Positions 8,593-17,316 of a DNA stretch of 64,000 nt are shown here, piece after piece. Below the pieces are notes generated by a model. That model did not search any database, was not told where the DNA came from, and saw only the letters and a program-made list of their open reading frames with translations. The DNA comes from a virus. Taxonomy: Duplodnaviria > Caudoviricetes. The stretch is taken from positions 3,875-67,874 of the IMG/VR virus record IMGVR_UViG_3300014205_000223. One strand, 5' to 3'. Position 1 is the first letter of the stretch, and each line of letters starts with the position of its first letter. The position numbers and the translations under genes are program-made.

Positions 8593-8793
8593 TTAGCATC
8601 AAAATACTAATTAATTTTTCCGGTGAAATTCCGGTTTTTCTAACTTTAACGGAACAAAAATGATCCAATATTTACTTAAAGCACTGGCAAAGTATGACTT
8701 CAACAAAGGCAATTCGCCACGGATAAAGGCTTACGCCTACATGGATCAGTACAGCGAATGCTATGACGATTTTTACATAACTGGAATTTAACA

Positions 8794-9372
8794 ATGACAC
8801 AAGAAAAACCATCGGTTCACAAAAAACTACAACAAGCACGATTCCAATTATCACAAATTGAACTGAGAAAATCAGCAAAAAATGACTACACCAAACGGCC
8901 TTATTTTGAACTGGCCGATTTCATGCCGCAAGTCACTAAAATTTTTAATGAAGTCGGACTGTGTGGAGTAGTAGACTTTGGCGACAAAGCCGTTTTAAAC
9001 ATTCACGATACAGAAACCGATAACGTCATAAAATTCACCTCTGAAATAGTTCCGGCAGGGTTAAAAGGCGCAACGCCAATCCAGGAGCTAGGGGCAGTAC
9101 AATCATATCTTCGCAGGTATCTTTGGATGCAGGCTATGGACATCACCGAGCATGATTCCGTGGACGCCATTAACAACGAAAATGAACTAAAAGAACCCGT
9201 CTACTATCCAGATAAAAAGTTCAGCACCAACAAAGCGCAATGGAAAAAACTCATTGAAGACGGCAAACAAACCCATGCCGCCATTATAGGACGAGTAGAA
9301 TCCAGCGGTTTAACGCTTACTGATCAGCAGTTAATTACTATACAATCTTGGGAAGTTAATGAAAATAATTAA
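8794..9372 (+). CDS. erf: ERF-family single-strand annealing protein
   Basis: KLQQAR..L....L.KS.KN......YFEL.DF, PIQELGAVQSYLRRYLW.QA..I.E.D. Confidence 0.85.
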   Translation: MTQEKPSVHKKLQQARFQLSQIELRKSAKNDYTKRPYFELADFMPQVTKIFNEVGLCGVVDFGDKAVLNIHDTETDNVIKFTSEIVPAGLKGATPIQELGAVQSYLRRYLWMQAMDITEHDSVDAINNENELKEPVYYPDKKFSTNKAQWKKLIEDGKQTHAAIIGRVESSGLTLTDQQLITIQSWEVNENN

Positions 9373-11101
9373 CATTATCCAGGGAGACGATGCGTGGCAT
9401 CAACACCGTCTAAACTACTTTAACGCCAGCGAAACGCCCGATGTCCTCAACTGCGGTTACTGTTCACGCGCTGCTCTATTGCAGAAAAAGGCGACCGGCA
9501 TCATCCCGGAAGTCAGCTCATTCACCCAACGCATTTTCGATGACGGCCATCGTTTTGAACGACTTGCAAGACCGTTGGCTGTGGAAATTATAGGCGAGGA
9601 TTTATACCCGGTTGTGGGGACAAAAGGCAAGTTCTCGGCATCGTTCGACGGGCTTACCATCGGGGACAATATAGCGTTTGAACACAAAACTTTAAATAAC
9701 GCCATCAGAAATGCCTTAACTGTTGACGACCTGCCAAAGAAATATCATACGCAAATGGAACATCAACTCTACGTATCGGATGCTGACAAATGCCTATTCA
9801 TGGCAACACGATGGGACGCTAACGACGAATTGCTGGAAGAAAAACACTTCTGGTATGAATCAGATCCAGTCTTACGTGAGGACATAATAGCAGCATGGAA
9901 CCAGTTTGATATTGATCTTAAGAGCTATCAACACGTTGAAGTCATAGAACCTCCAAAAGCCGAGCCGATTAAAGACCTTCCAGCGGTAATTGTACAGGTA
10001 TCAGGCGCACTGGAGCGGTGTAACATAGACGAAGTTAAGCCCTTATTCGATAAGTTTTTAGCCAATGCTATTACTGACTTGGTTACTGACGAAGATTTCG
10101 CACAAGCAGAGGCAGAAAGCAAGATTGGCCGGGAAACCGCGAAACGCTGTATTGCAACCGCTAAGTCTGTAGTTGATCAAACCCTGTCAATCAGTGAAGT
10201 TACGCGGGAACTGGAAAACTACGCAGCCAAGTTTAACGCTATCGCATTACAACAGGAAAAGGCCGTAAAGACGCAAAAAGAAGCACGTAAGGTGATGGCA
10301 AAGGCCGAGCGTGAACAAGCGTTTAAAGCGCATGTACAATCCTTGAACGATGAAATCAAACCTATAACCTTGTCGGTGACTGTGCCGGATTGGTTAGGAG
10401 CAATGAAAAGCCAGCGATTATTATCATCGTTGTACTCCAAGCTGGATGATGCTTTAGCTGACGGAAAAATCAGAGCAGACGCAGCCGCACAAGATATACG
10501 TGTGAAGCTGGCGTGGTATACCGAATATGTGACGGTAACGCAATTCCTTTTTCGAGACCTTCAAAACATAATCACCAACAACGGACTGGAAGCGTTTCAA
10601 AGCATTGTTAAAACCCGCATTGAAGCCTATGCTGTGGAACAAGAATTAAAAATTGAAGCCGAGCGCAAACGTATACAAGCTGAAGAGCAACGTAAAGCAG
10701 AAGAAAGAGCCGCTAAGATCATTAAAGATGAGGCAGATAGGGTTGAAGCATTACGTGTTAAAAAGCAATTAGAAATTGAATCAATGCAACGCCAAGAACT
10801 TAAAGATCGTGCAGTAGAATGTGTAGTAATACGCAAAGAAGAGCAGGAAAAAATTCTGCACGATATTGGGGTTAAAAATTTAGAAGAATCTAATCGGATT
10901 GCAAGAGCAGAGCAACAGATTGAATACGTAACTATAAGATTCACTCGTAAACAAGCGGAATTTCTAAGAGAAATGCTATATTATGTGCAGGATGATGGGC
11001 CTAGTGGAAATGGTTGGGCAAGCAAAGAACTTGAAAGTCTACGTATTATTGTTGACGACGAAATTGAGTATGTTAATATACAAAACGAGAAAACGAAATG
11101 A
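9359..11101 (+). CDS. YqaJ-like viral recombinase exonuclease with long coiled-coil tail
   Basis: QG...W..HR....ASE, GH.FE..AR, SASFDG, FEHKT, Y..QMEHQL.V; overlaps erf. Confidence 0.9.
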   Translation: MKIINIIQGDDAWHQHRLNYFNASETPDVLNCGYCSRAALLQKKATGIIPEVSSFTQRIFDDGHRFERLARPLAVEIIGEDLYPVVGTKGKFSASFDGLTIGDNIAFEHKTLNNAIRNALTVDDLPKKYHTQMEHQLYVSDADKCLFMATRWDANDELLEEKHFWYESDPVLREDIIAAWNQFDIDLKSYQHVEVIEPPKAEPIKDLPAVIVQVSGALERCNIDEVKPLFDKFLANAITDLVTDEDFAQAEAESKIGRETAKRCIATAKSVVDQTLSISEVTRELENYAAKFNAIALQQEKAVKTQKEARKVMAKAEREQAFKAHVQSLNDEIKPITLSVTVPDWLGAMKSQRLLSSLYSKLDDALADGKIRADAAAQDIRVKLAWYTEYVTVTQFLFRDLQNIITNNGLEAFQSIVKTRIEAYAVEQELKIEAERKRIQAEEQRKAEERAAKIIKDEADRVEALRVKKQLEIESMQRQELKDRAVECVVIRKEEQEKILHDIGVKNLEESNRIARAEQQIEYVTIRFTRKQAEFLREMLYYVQDDGPSGNGWASKELESLRIIVDDEIEYVNIQNEKTK

Positions 11102-11268
11102 TTGGCACGTTAATATTATGTGGAATAATTATATATATCGGGACATTCTTAGTATTTTGTGGAAAATGGTATGGAGGTATTCTTGTTTTATTGCCGCCAT
11201 TCGCACTAATGGTGTCACTATATTTTAAAAATGGTGGCTCTATATTTTAAAAAAGAGGATTTAAATAA

Positions 11269-11571
11269 ATGATTTCGAGCAAAGAACGACGAGTTATATT
11301 TGAACAGGCATTAGTAAGTGAGAGTAATTCCCAGGAAAGGTGTTTGTGGATGTCATTTTGCGACACAGAGAAACCAAAGGGGCAGCAGTTTATAGGCGTT
11401 GTGATTACACACGCTAAGGGCATTGCGCACGCCATCGACAAGACGCACAAACTTGGGATTAATCCAGGCGGTGAAGTATTTTCGTATGAGACGGATGCAA
11501 CCGATATTGACTTAGCACACTTCGACATTCTTCTATCGAAAGAAGACCTAATCACTGCTGGATATGTTTAA
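11269..11571 (+). CDS. hypothetical protein
   Basis: 100 aa with GAGGA RBS. Confidence 0.6.
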   Translation: MISSKERRVIFEQALVSESNSQERCLWMSFCDTEKPKGQQFIGVVITHAKGIAHAIDKTHKLGINPGGEVFSYETDATDIDLAHFDILLSKEDLITAGYV

Positions 11572-11614
11572 CCCATGACATCTTAACCATGCCAACATAG
11601 GCATAATTCCCTTG

Positions 11615-11663
11615 CCTATCTATTAAAATTTGCGGTAATCTATACGCTACTTTAATAGATAGG
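11615..11663. promoter_or_regulatory. 13-bp perfect inverted repeat upstream of parA
   Basis: CCTATCTATTAAA (11615-11627) and TTTAATAGATAGG (11651-11663); the right arm covers the RBS. Confidence 0.6.
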
Positions 11664-11670
11664 TATAACA

Positions 11671-12333
11671 ATGAGCATCATACTATTCGGGTCCACAAAG
11701 GGAGGTGTAGGCAAATCAACACTATGCGCCAATGTTGCCGTCGCACTTGCGGAACAAGCTTATGACTGTATGATCGTTGACGCTGATCAGCAGGCGAGTA
11801 TTACTGGATGGTGGGCTGACCGCAAGATTGATTACCCCGACAAAACAAAGATATGGTGCATTCAAAAGTACCTGGAAATAGATACAACTCTGGAGGACTT
11901 GTCTACCCGATACCAGCATGTTTTAGTTGATGTTCCTGGGCGATCATCAGAAGAACTAAGGTCGGCATTAAGCGTAGCTGACATAGTGATAATACCAGTC
12001 AAGCCAAGTAAGTTTGACATGGATTCATTTCATCAAATGAATATCTTAATCAGCAAAGCTCGCGGCATCAATAAAAAGATGCAATGCTACGCAGTCATAA
12101 ACTTAGCGCCAACGAATCCGAAGGGTACAGAGATAGAAGAGGCACGTAGTGTTATTGCACTTTACCCCGATGTAACCCAATTACAGCAAAATATATTTGA
12201 CAGAAAATGTTACCGTGATAGCATAGCACTAGGATTAAGTGTGCTTGAGCTGCCTGAAAAATCAAACAGCATCAAGTTGGCACAAAATGAAATTAGAGCA
12301 CTTGTTAAAGAGGTAATAAAAAATGACTACTAA
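11671..12333 (+). CDS. parA: ParA family partition ATPase (short, type Ib-like)
   Basis: Deviant Walker A KGGVGKST, IVDAD.Q.S, LVDVPG, ADIVIIPVKPS.FD, R..YR.S...GLSV.E. Confidence 0.92.
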   Translation: MSIILFGSTKGGVGKSTLCANVAVALAEQAYDCMIVDADQQASITGWWADRKIDYPDKTKIWCIQKYLEIDTTLEDLSTRYQHVLVDVPGRSSEELRSALSVADIVIIPVKPSKFDMDSFHQMNILISKARGINKKMQCYAVINLAPTNPKGTEIEEARSVIALYPDVTQLQQNIFDRKCYRDSIALGLSVLELPEKSNSIKLAQNEIRALVKEVIKNDY

Positions 12334-13333
12334 AAATGTAACAAAATTCAGGACTCCGCAAGAGCTTGAACAAAGGAAGGCGTTTATTCGAGGTGAGCAG
12401 GAAGCAGAACTTACATCATTTGCCGATATGAGCAAAATGAATGCCGACGAACTGGCTGATAGAATGGAAAGCATCTACAATCAGTCACAACTAATGATAT
12501 GGATGCTGTGTATGCACATTCGTGATAGGTTCGGTTCTGATAAGGATCTTGGTGAGTTTATTAACAACTTGCGAATCAAAAACCCTTATCACCCATTATG
12601 TGTGGTTACTCAACAAGCTAGAAACCGATATGTACATGCCGGTAGACTGGCAGCAAAACTTAAGATTACAGACTTTGACACTGTAGGAATCTCGCCAACA
12701 GCGTTCTATGCAATTGCATCACCAAAGAACAAAAATATCGCAGATAAAGTATTTAATCAGGTTAAACGTAAAAACCTTCCGGTCGATGAAATATTCAGGA
12801 TTATCGAGCAGGAAAGCGCAATACCTGAAGCTGATGAGCAAGCTCTTGAAGTAATGGACTACGACAAGCCAAGATCAGTGCTGCGTTCCGTAAAGGTGTT
12901 TGGAAATGTAGCAGAAGACGCTATTATTGAAGGCGTAAGCGAATTAATAGAGCAGGAAGTAGCAAAACATGAAGTAGTTGCGCCAGTAATCTTAACCGAA
13001 CCGGAAGCGACTAGTGTTAGTTACAACAAATTATTCATGCAAGCTAAGGAAGAACCTATCGAAGTGACTATAAATGATGAGCATGTTAAACATGACTGGA
13101 GGATTGACGGCGATAGGCGTAAGCGGCACGATGAAAAGTACGCGCATAGCCCATTGCATGAAATAAGTGCTGATGATTTGTTGCTAGAACTTGCCGCGAG
13201 GCGTGAAGGTAAACCATTCGATGACATCAAGTCAGACTTAATGATGTTTGTTGAACGTTACGACACCAGCTTTACAGAGCTGGAAAAACTATTTGATGCC
13301 CTGAAAAAATGGGCAAAAACAATGCAGGCTTAG
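12323..13333 (+). CDS. ParA-coupled protein, DUF3102-like N-terminal region
   Basis: Overlaps the parA stop; G.F...L.....ARNRY..A.....S.TAFY.IA.P pattern; no ParB box recognisable. Confidence 0.55.
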   Translation: MTTKNVTKFRTPQELEQRKAFIRGEQEAELTSFADMSKMNADELADRMESIYNQSQLMIWMLCMHIRDRFGSDKDLGEFINNLRIKNPYHPLCVVTQQARNRYVHAGRLAAKLKITDFDTVGISPTAFYAIASPKNKNIADKVFNQVKRKNLPVDEIFRIIEQESAIPEADEQALEVMDYDKPRSVLRSVKVFGNVAEDAIIEGVSELIEQEVAKHEVVAPVILTEPEATSVSYNKLFMQAKEEPIEVTINDEHVKHDWRIDGDRRKRHDEKYAHSPLHEISADDLLLELAARREGKPFDDIKSDLMMFVERYDTSFTELEKLFDALKKWAKTMQA

Positions 13334-13723
13334 GATAATAAAATGGAAATAAAAATTTTAATATTTGTAATAGGGGTATTTGTTACATTCTTGTTTTTTA
13401 ATGCGGTGTTTAGTTATGATAGGAAATGTAGAACTAAAGATTGGATGATGAATTTACCTTCGTGGTACGATCCTTTTAAATAAGAACGATAAAAAGCATA
13501 AAACAAAGGAAAAATAATGACTGAAGGAATAAAACCAAAAACTAGATCGCTATCTGATACAGTTGATGCTGCAATAAAAAATATTGAACTTCATATTAAT
13601 CTTGAGACTGGAGATTTTATATGTTCAAATCACTTGCTAACAGATTTTGCAATTCCACAATTAAAAGAGGCTATTGCTAGGCTAAGAAGATAAACCATAC
13701 ATAGCATAATTAGGAGAATTAAA

Positions 13724-13948
13724 ATGGGAATTGAAGATATACCGATGGTCAATAATTTGAAATTTGACAGCATCACATACAGGCAATCTATGGGTAAGAT
13801 ATACGCTTTTGTAACCTGTATTGATGTGCAATCTAGCGGCAAGGGTAAAAACAAAAAACGTTATTGGGGTGAGGTTTCCGCTTTCAATGATAGCGATGAA
13901 ATTGTTAATGTAATTTCTTACGGGGCAAAGTGGGATAAACTACCTTAA
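13724..13948 (+). CDS. hypothetical protein; last early gene, converging on the endolysin
   Basis: 74 aa with AGGAG RBS; stop overlaps the lysozyme stop. Confidence 0.6.
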   Translation: MGIEDIPMVNNLKFDSITYRQSMGKIYAFVTCIDVQSSGKGKNKKRYWGEVSAFNDSDEIVNVISYGAKWDKLP

Positions 13949-14409
13949 CTATATTCAGATGGAATAACCCCTTTAATGATACTTATCATCCGGTTGGCAC
14001 GATTAGTAACCTGCCGGTAATAAGCAGAGTTCTTGATTCCTGCGATAACCGCAACATCGTTATTGGCAAACATGCTTTTTATGGTGTTTTTGAAAGTTAG
14101 AATGCCATTAATGCCAATGTTGAAAGCCATATTAATTAGCACTACCCGGTATTTTTCTTGCAAGTCAGAAAATCCAGGTAGTTTCTTATTGATTCCAGAA
14201 ACAGCTTTTTGAATATCATAATCAAGAAGCTTGTCTGCTTCATCTAGCGTTATCTTGTCACCTATATTAATGTTTCTGTGTAGTATGGATAATGCCTTGT
14301 CAGCATCTAAATTATGGCCGTATCCAACAGTTAGCTTACGGGCAGGGCAAAGGTAAGCGGTAAGCCTTAAACCCTCGTCATAGCCAAGCATCTTTCTTAA
14401 ATCAACCAT
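13945..14409 (-). CDS. endolysin, GH24 phage lysozyme
   Basis: DEGLRLTAYLCPARKLTVGYGH (E-8x-C-5x-T triad), LINMAFNIG..G...F. Confidence 0.92.
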   Translation of the reverse strand: MVDLRKMLGYDEGLRLTAYLCPARKLTVGYGHNLDADKALSILHRNINIGDKITLDEADKLLDYDIQKAVSGINKKLPGFSDLQEKYRVVLINMAFNIGINGILTFKNTIKSMFANNDVAVIAGIKNSAYYRQVTNRANRMISIIKGVIPSEYS

Positions 14410-14578
14410 GCCAATGATTCCCCATTAAATGTCCTTTGAAATCGCTGATGTCGCAGTCATATACCTTCCCGTTGCTATCACGTCTGGACATGGCTTCTAT
14501 TTTCTGCCTATTCATTGACCCCATAAACCCAACCGGCCCATAATGGTTTATTCTAGGGATATAATAATAGATTTTCAT
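14402..14578 (-). CDS. 58-aa hypothetical protein in the lysis cassette
   Basis: MKIYYYIPRINHYGPVGFMGSMNRQKIEAM...HWHG*; AAGG RBS; overlaps the lysozyme start. Confidence 0.45.
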   Translation of the reverse strand: MKIYYYIPRINHYGPVGFMGSMNRQKIEAMSRRDSNGKVYDCDISDFKGHLMGNHWHG

Positions 14579-14609
14579 AAAAGCCTTGGCGTCATCACGA
14601 CGCGATTAA

Positions 14610-14825
14610 TTATTTTATTGCTACGCAACAATCGCAATCACATTTACCAGGACAATAAGCAGGTGCATTGCTTGTCGCACAATCTGAAGCGTGAACATCT
14701 TTGCCGCTTGCTAGAACTAAAGCGTATGCAAGCTGTTCTCTTAAATCGCCTTGAACGTTTTTCAGCAGTTCTATCGAGTCATTAATTTCATTGAGATTTT
14801 TTTGTATACATTCTATTTTTTTCAT
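14610..14825 (-). CDS. hypothetical protein
   Basis: Coiled coil followed by H.SDCA..N.PAY.PG.CDC. Confidence 0.6.
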   Translation of the reverse strand: MKKIECIQKNLNEINDSIELLKNVQGDLREQLAYALVLASGKDVHASDCATSNAPAYCPGKCDCDCCVAIK

Positions 14826-15076
14826 TTTTTATTCAGGTCTTGCTTAGTTGAATCTATGATAGTTTCCAGCAAAACAGCATAATCGGTGATGGCTCTTTGA
14901 CGGTTATATAGACGTTCGTAGACATCCTGACTGACGCACTCCAATTCAGCCGACTTGACCTTTGCCAATACCGGACGTGGTGGTCTGGTTAATTCTGTTT
15001 TAAGATATACTGTTTGAATGGTAGGAGCGCACCCTGCAAGTAATCCAGCAAGCAGTAATGCTTTAAAAAGTGTCAT
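14822..15076 (-). CDS. o-spanin-like lipoprotein
   Basis: Lipobox LLAG|C after a signal peptide; Pro-rich segment; overlaps the i-spanin end. Confidence 0.7.
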   Translation of the reverse strand: MTLFKALLLAGLLAGCAPTIQTVYLKTELTRPPRPVLAKVKSAELECVSQDVYERLYNRQRAITDYAVLLETIIDSTKQDLNKK

Positions 15077-15344
15077 TATCAAAGTCCGTTCTAGCGGCTG
15101 GTATGTGCGTGTCAATTCTTGCCTGTGCTGCGATATGTTTCTGGTTCAAAGCTTCCTGAACCTTGACCACAGCATCTTCTGTCTTTACTTTTTGCTCAAT
15201 AACTGCTGTTGCTGATTTTGCAGTCACTTCAGCCGCTTGCGCTCTTACTTGTGCAGTTTCAGTCTTGGCTTTAAGTATCTTGATATAGGCCGCTAACCCA
15301 GAGAATATGAGCGCAAGAGCGCCGGAAATATAAGCGTAAATCAT
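15063..15344 (-). CDS. i-spanin-like membrane protein
   Basis: N-terminal TM helix plus Ala/Gln coiled coil; ATGA coupling at 15341-15344. Confidence 0.65.
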   Translation of the reverse strand: MIYAYISGALALIFSGLAAYIKILKAKTETAQVRAQAAEVTAKSATAVIEQKVKTEDAVVKVQEALNQKHIAAQARIDTHIPAARTDFDNDTF

Positions 15345-15595
15345 AATAACCAACCGTTCAGTAAATAAGCCAGAATCGGGAATACTCCACCAATAACCGT
15401 CCATAGGAAATCTAAAAAGTCAGGGGTTCCGCGTTTTGAAATCTCATCATAAAATTCCTTACCTGCCGCTGCTAGCAAGACAATAATTATTGCCGATATT
15501 GGACTAATTAATAGCCCTAGTGTAGCCAGCACAACACCAGCCATGAAGTGCAGACGTTTATCTGGTGTTATTAGGTTTGAGATAAAATTAAACAT
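15341..15595 (-). CDS. small multi-TM phage membrane protein
   Basis: DK.LHF.AG...AGKE.YD......DF.D...T..GG pattern. Confidence 0.65.
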   Translation of the reverse strand: MFNFISNLITPDKRLHFMAGVVLATLGLLISPISAIIIVLLAAAGKEFYDEISKRGTPDFLDFLWTVIGGVFPILAYLLNGWLL

Positions 15596-15917
15596 CTTTT
15601 TGCACTGCTTCAACAGCCTTGTCAAAACCTACTTTTACCGCATCAGGCGCACAATCAAGTATAGAGTCCGATGTATAACCCGCTGTGAGCGCCCCTACAA
15701 CAGCGCCTATTGATATGGCTGTGCTTACCGCTGAAAGGCTCATTTCTGCAAATATAATGGCACCGAAAGTATATAATGTAGAAGGAAGATTGCCCTTTAA
15801 ATATTCCATCAAAGTGCATTGCGTAGTTTTATCGATGTAGAATTTCTTGAAATAATGGGCATAAGCACCAACAAATCCAAGCATGATAAAAAGTCCTGCC
15901 ATAATTAATTCGTTCAA
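15588..15917 (-). CDS. putative holin
   Basis: 109 aa, 2-3 hydrophobic helices, charged C-terminus, first gene of the lysis block. Confidence 0.5.
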   Translation of the reverse strand: MNELIMAGLFIMLGFVGAYAHYFKKFYIDKTTQCTLMEYLKGNLPSTLYTFGAIIFAEMSLSAVSTAISIGAVVGALTAGYTSDSILDCAPDAVKVGFDKAVEAVQKDV

Positions 15918-16074
15918 CTGTGCGTCTCCTTAAGAGTGTAAATTGGATCAGGCTTGTTAGCCAGTAGATTAATAGCCGACATGCTATCTGGCAGAGTTCG
16001 AGTCAACTGATCAAGCGAAGGTTTGAATGGAAATGATGCTATTTGCACGCCGTCTTTTTTTAAGAGCCAGGACA

Positions 16075-16389
16075 TTATAATTGCTCCAGGCTAGTTTTAA
16101 ATTTATTAATATCCTCTGGATAACTGATGTCGTCAGGAAAATCATATTTAGCAACAATCTGATTCAAGTCTGACCTTTGTAAGCCATGATCAAGCGCCCA
16201 TAATCGTGATCTAATAATTTTTAATCCTAGAAGCCTATTCTTGTGTTCTGATCTTGTATTAGATACAATCACCGTTTCTCCAGTAGGTATATGAGTTATT
16301 TTTACTGCATTATTGATATTCCAAGAAGCTAACATGATGTTACCGGAATGAGTGATGGATGTGCGTATTATACCACACTTTGCCATCAC
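16075..16389 (-). CDS. peptide-chain-release-factor (RF-1) domain-like protein lacking GGQ
   Basis: AVKITHIPTG..V.....RS.HKNR..GL..I.SRL matches the RF domain-3 segment that follows GGQ; start codon uncertain. Confidence 0.7.
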   Translation of the reverse strand: MMAKCGIIRTSITHSGNIMLASWNINNAVKITHIPTGETVIVSNTRSEHKNRLLGLKIIRSRLWALDHGLQRSDLNQIVAKYDFPDDISYPEDINKFKTSLEQL

Positions 16390-16461
16390 TCATTATGCGT
16401 GAGCTAATTTTGAACATGTATAAAAAACCGATTGTTCCTATGGTTTACTATATGTATAGAT

Positions 16462-17253
16462 TTATTTGATTCTTCGCGGAAAGTTTAATTTAGCCGTATC
16501 TCCATAATATTCAATTGCTTTTTCATCATAAGCTATTGCAGCATCTATAGGATTATCAAATCTACCTAAATAAAATGATATGTTTAATTTTCTTGAGCAT
16601 AACGCAGCCTCATATTTATTTTTTTTAAACCTAACTCCTATATATCCAGTTTTATTATTTAAACGAAGTGTTGTTTTAATATTATCAGGAGCGTTATTTT
16701 CTCGCTTCCAGTGATGCCCTCGTCTTATATGTGATATTGTAGTCGGAGTAACACTAAACTTTTCTGCTAATTCAACACCATTTAATTTAGAAGTTCTAAT
16801 CTCTTGTACATCATATTCAGTTAAAACACTGCTTGGATTGTTTCCACCAAATAATGTACGATTTTTATTAGCCGCATCGGCCATATTATCTAAATAAGTT
16901 CCTAAAAATAAATGATCTGGATTGACATTATTCCTACCTAATTCTTCATATTTATGACATACACACATTCCTTTAGGTATTTCTCCATAACGCATTATGT
17001 ATGCATACCTGTGTGATGAAATAGCTTTACCATTAAACCAAAACTGACCATAACCGTTACCTGACATACCTCCAATCCATAACCATGCCTGAGTGTTTTT
17101 ATCAATAGTGACATAATTCATAAATCTCTCATTATCAGTGAGCTTATTTAATTCAGTAGTACCAGATATACGCATTCTTGAATAATGCACTGAACATAAA
17201 TTTTTTACATAATTATCATTTGCACAACCCGCAACTGAACATAGCTTTTGCAT
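16462..17253 (-). CDS. HNH homing endonuclease with HTH and AP2 domains
   Basis: CSV.GC.....K.LC..HY, W.W.G....GYG.F......SHRY.Y, VCH...VNPDHLFLGT..DNM.D, GYIGV......Y.A...YLG.F...DAA.AYD..A...G..A.LNF. Confidence 0.9.
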   Translation of the reverse strand: MQKLCSVAGCANDNYVKNLCSVHYSRMRISGTTELNKLTDNERFMNYVTIDKNTQAWLWIGGMSGNGYGQFWFNGKAISSHRYAYIMRYGEIPKGMCVCHKYEELGRNNVNPDHLFLGTYLDNMADAANKNRTLFGGNNPSSVLTEYDVQEIRTSKLNGVELAEKFSVTPTTISHIRRGHHWKRENNAPDNIKTTLRLNNKTGYIGVRFKKNKYEAALCSRKLNISFYLGRFDNPIDAAIAYDEKAIEYYGDTAKLNFPRRIK

Positions 17254-17277
17254 ACATTTACCCTATAATTAAAGCTA

Positions 17278-17306
17278 CATTATACCACGAGTACAGGGTT
17301 TATTCA
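17278..17306 (-). promoter_or_regulatory. sigma70 promoter for the HNH gene
   Basis: Minus strand TTGAAT-17-TATAAT. Confidence 0.6.
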
Positions 17307-17316
17307 AATATATTAA

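Noticed and set aside
10620-10940. Low-complexity E/K/Q/A stretch in YqaJ as a repeat element
   Set aside because: It is ordinary coiled-coil coding sequence without DNA-level periodicity.
11218-11253. 14-bp direct repeat CTATATTTTAAAAA as parS or iteron
   Set aside because: Only two AT-rich copies, lying at the end of a small membrane ORF; chance is plausible.
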